In this document: positions 63,401 through 64,000 of the stretch, one piece after another | Numbering within the stretch: position 1 is the stretch's first letter | Layout of the letters: every line of letters begins with the position of its first letter | Assembly (NCBI GenBank): GCA_043228905.1 | Contig: JBHGNT010000003.1 | Location: forward strand, 7,254,001 to 7,318,000 | Reading direction: 5' to 3' | DNA from: Azolla caroliniana | Taxonomy: Eukaryota; Plantae; Polypodiophyta | Length of the DNA: 64,000 nt | Translations under genes and position numbers: made by a program | Notes under the pieces: generated by a model | The model's database searches: none | What the model was told of the DNA's origin: nothing | What the model saw: only the letters and a program-made list of their open reading frames with translations

Positions 63401-64000
63401 CGGAATATGAAGACGATCACTTTGATGGCAACGAATTGACTCATTCCCTCGATAGTGAGTTCGATGGCTTTGATGTGCCTCTTATGAGGTCACCCGGAGT
63501 TGAGAAAGCACTCACATCGGCAAATGAGAAACTTCGTCACTCCACCCGAGAGAAGAATCCGGTTAGCCGATTCGGCTACAACGACTATATGGCATATCAC
63601 TATGCCTTTATGATGAAGGTGGCAGCAATTCGAGAATCGGAGAGCTTTGCCGAAGCCGCTAAAAATCCTCGATGGGTTTGAAGCGATGAACGAGGAAATG
63701 CAAGCTCTCAGCAAGAATGAGACATGGGATCTCGTCCCTCACTCACCGCACAAGCAAGCAATCAGCTGCAGATGGATATACAAAGTGAAGTATAATGCCG
63801 ACGGTTCCGTCAATTGCTACAAAGCTCGACTCGTAGCAAAGGGCTATGCAGAAACACATGGCGTCGACTATGAAGAGACCTTTGCCTCAGTGGCAACGAT
63901 GACAACCGTGCGAACCGTGATAGTGCTTGCAGTAGCGAAAGGGTGGCACCTCCACCATATGGATGTCAAGAACGTTTTTCTTCAAGGCGAATTAGAAGAG
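60406..64000 (+). mobile_element. Copia element J (relative of B/E/F): 5' LTR 60406-60792, tRNA-iMet PBS 60793-60803, gag-pol running off the window
   Basis: TGTTGAG..TACA, TGGTATCAGAG; EKLDRNNFTSWEYKMHQYL; WFVDSGASNHMT; LWHKRIGH; HSDVWGP; RT start; stops present. Confidence 0.92.

Overview
Eukaryotic, TE-dense land-plant genomic window, probably from a non-seed plant (fern, lycophyte or bryophyte); this taxon guess rests only on the TE types and is uncertain. No prokaryotic systems or CRISPR arrays were seen. The host genes I can support are two U3 snoRNA genes (11076-11316 + and 16257-16497 -) and one intronless FANTASTIC FOUR (FAF)-domain gene (20254-21810 -). The U3 genes form a convergent inverted duplication, and each has an intact plant USE + TATA promoter with Pol III spacing and an oligo-T terminator. 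The FAF protein carries an unusual nine-copy peptide repeat. The rest is retroelement debris. A solo LTR and an RTE/RTEX-like LINE lie at the left end, and an L1 is inserted in that LINE with a 13-bp TSD. Degenerate Copia and Gypsy fragments are scattered through the middle. From about 28.5 kb to the window end there is a deep nest of Ty1/Copia and Ty3/Gypsy elements with resolvable LTRs, PBSs (tRNA-iMet, tRNA-Trp), PPTs and two exact 5-bp TSDs. A 100-N gap lies at 8938-9037. I found no clearly new multi-gene system. The best second-look items are the U3 pair, the FAF repeat, a conserved hairpin around the Copia PPT/LTR junction, a Copia Pol C-terminal extension past an old PPT, and a 24-bp motif shared by unrelated-looking Gypsy LTRs. 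All comparisons were made by eye, so coordinates of degenerate elements are approximate.
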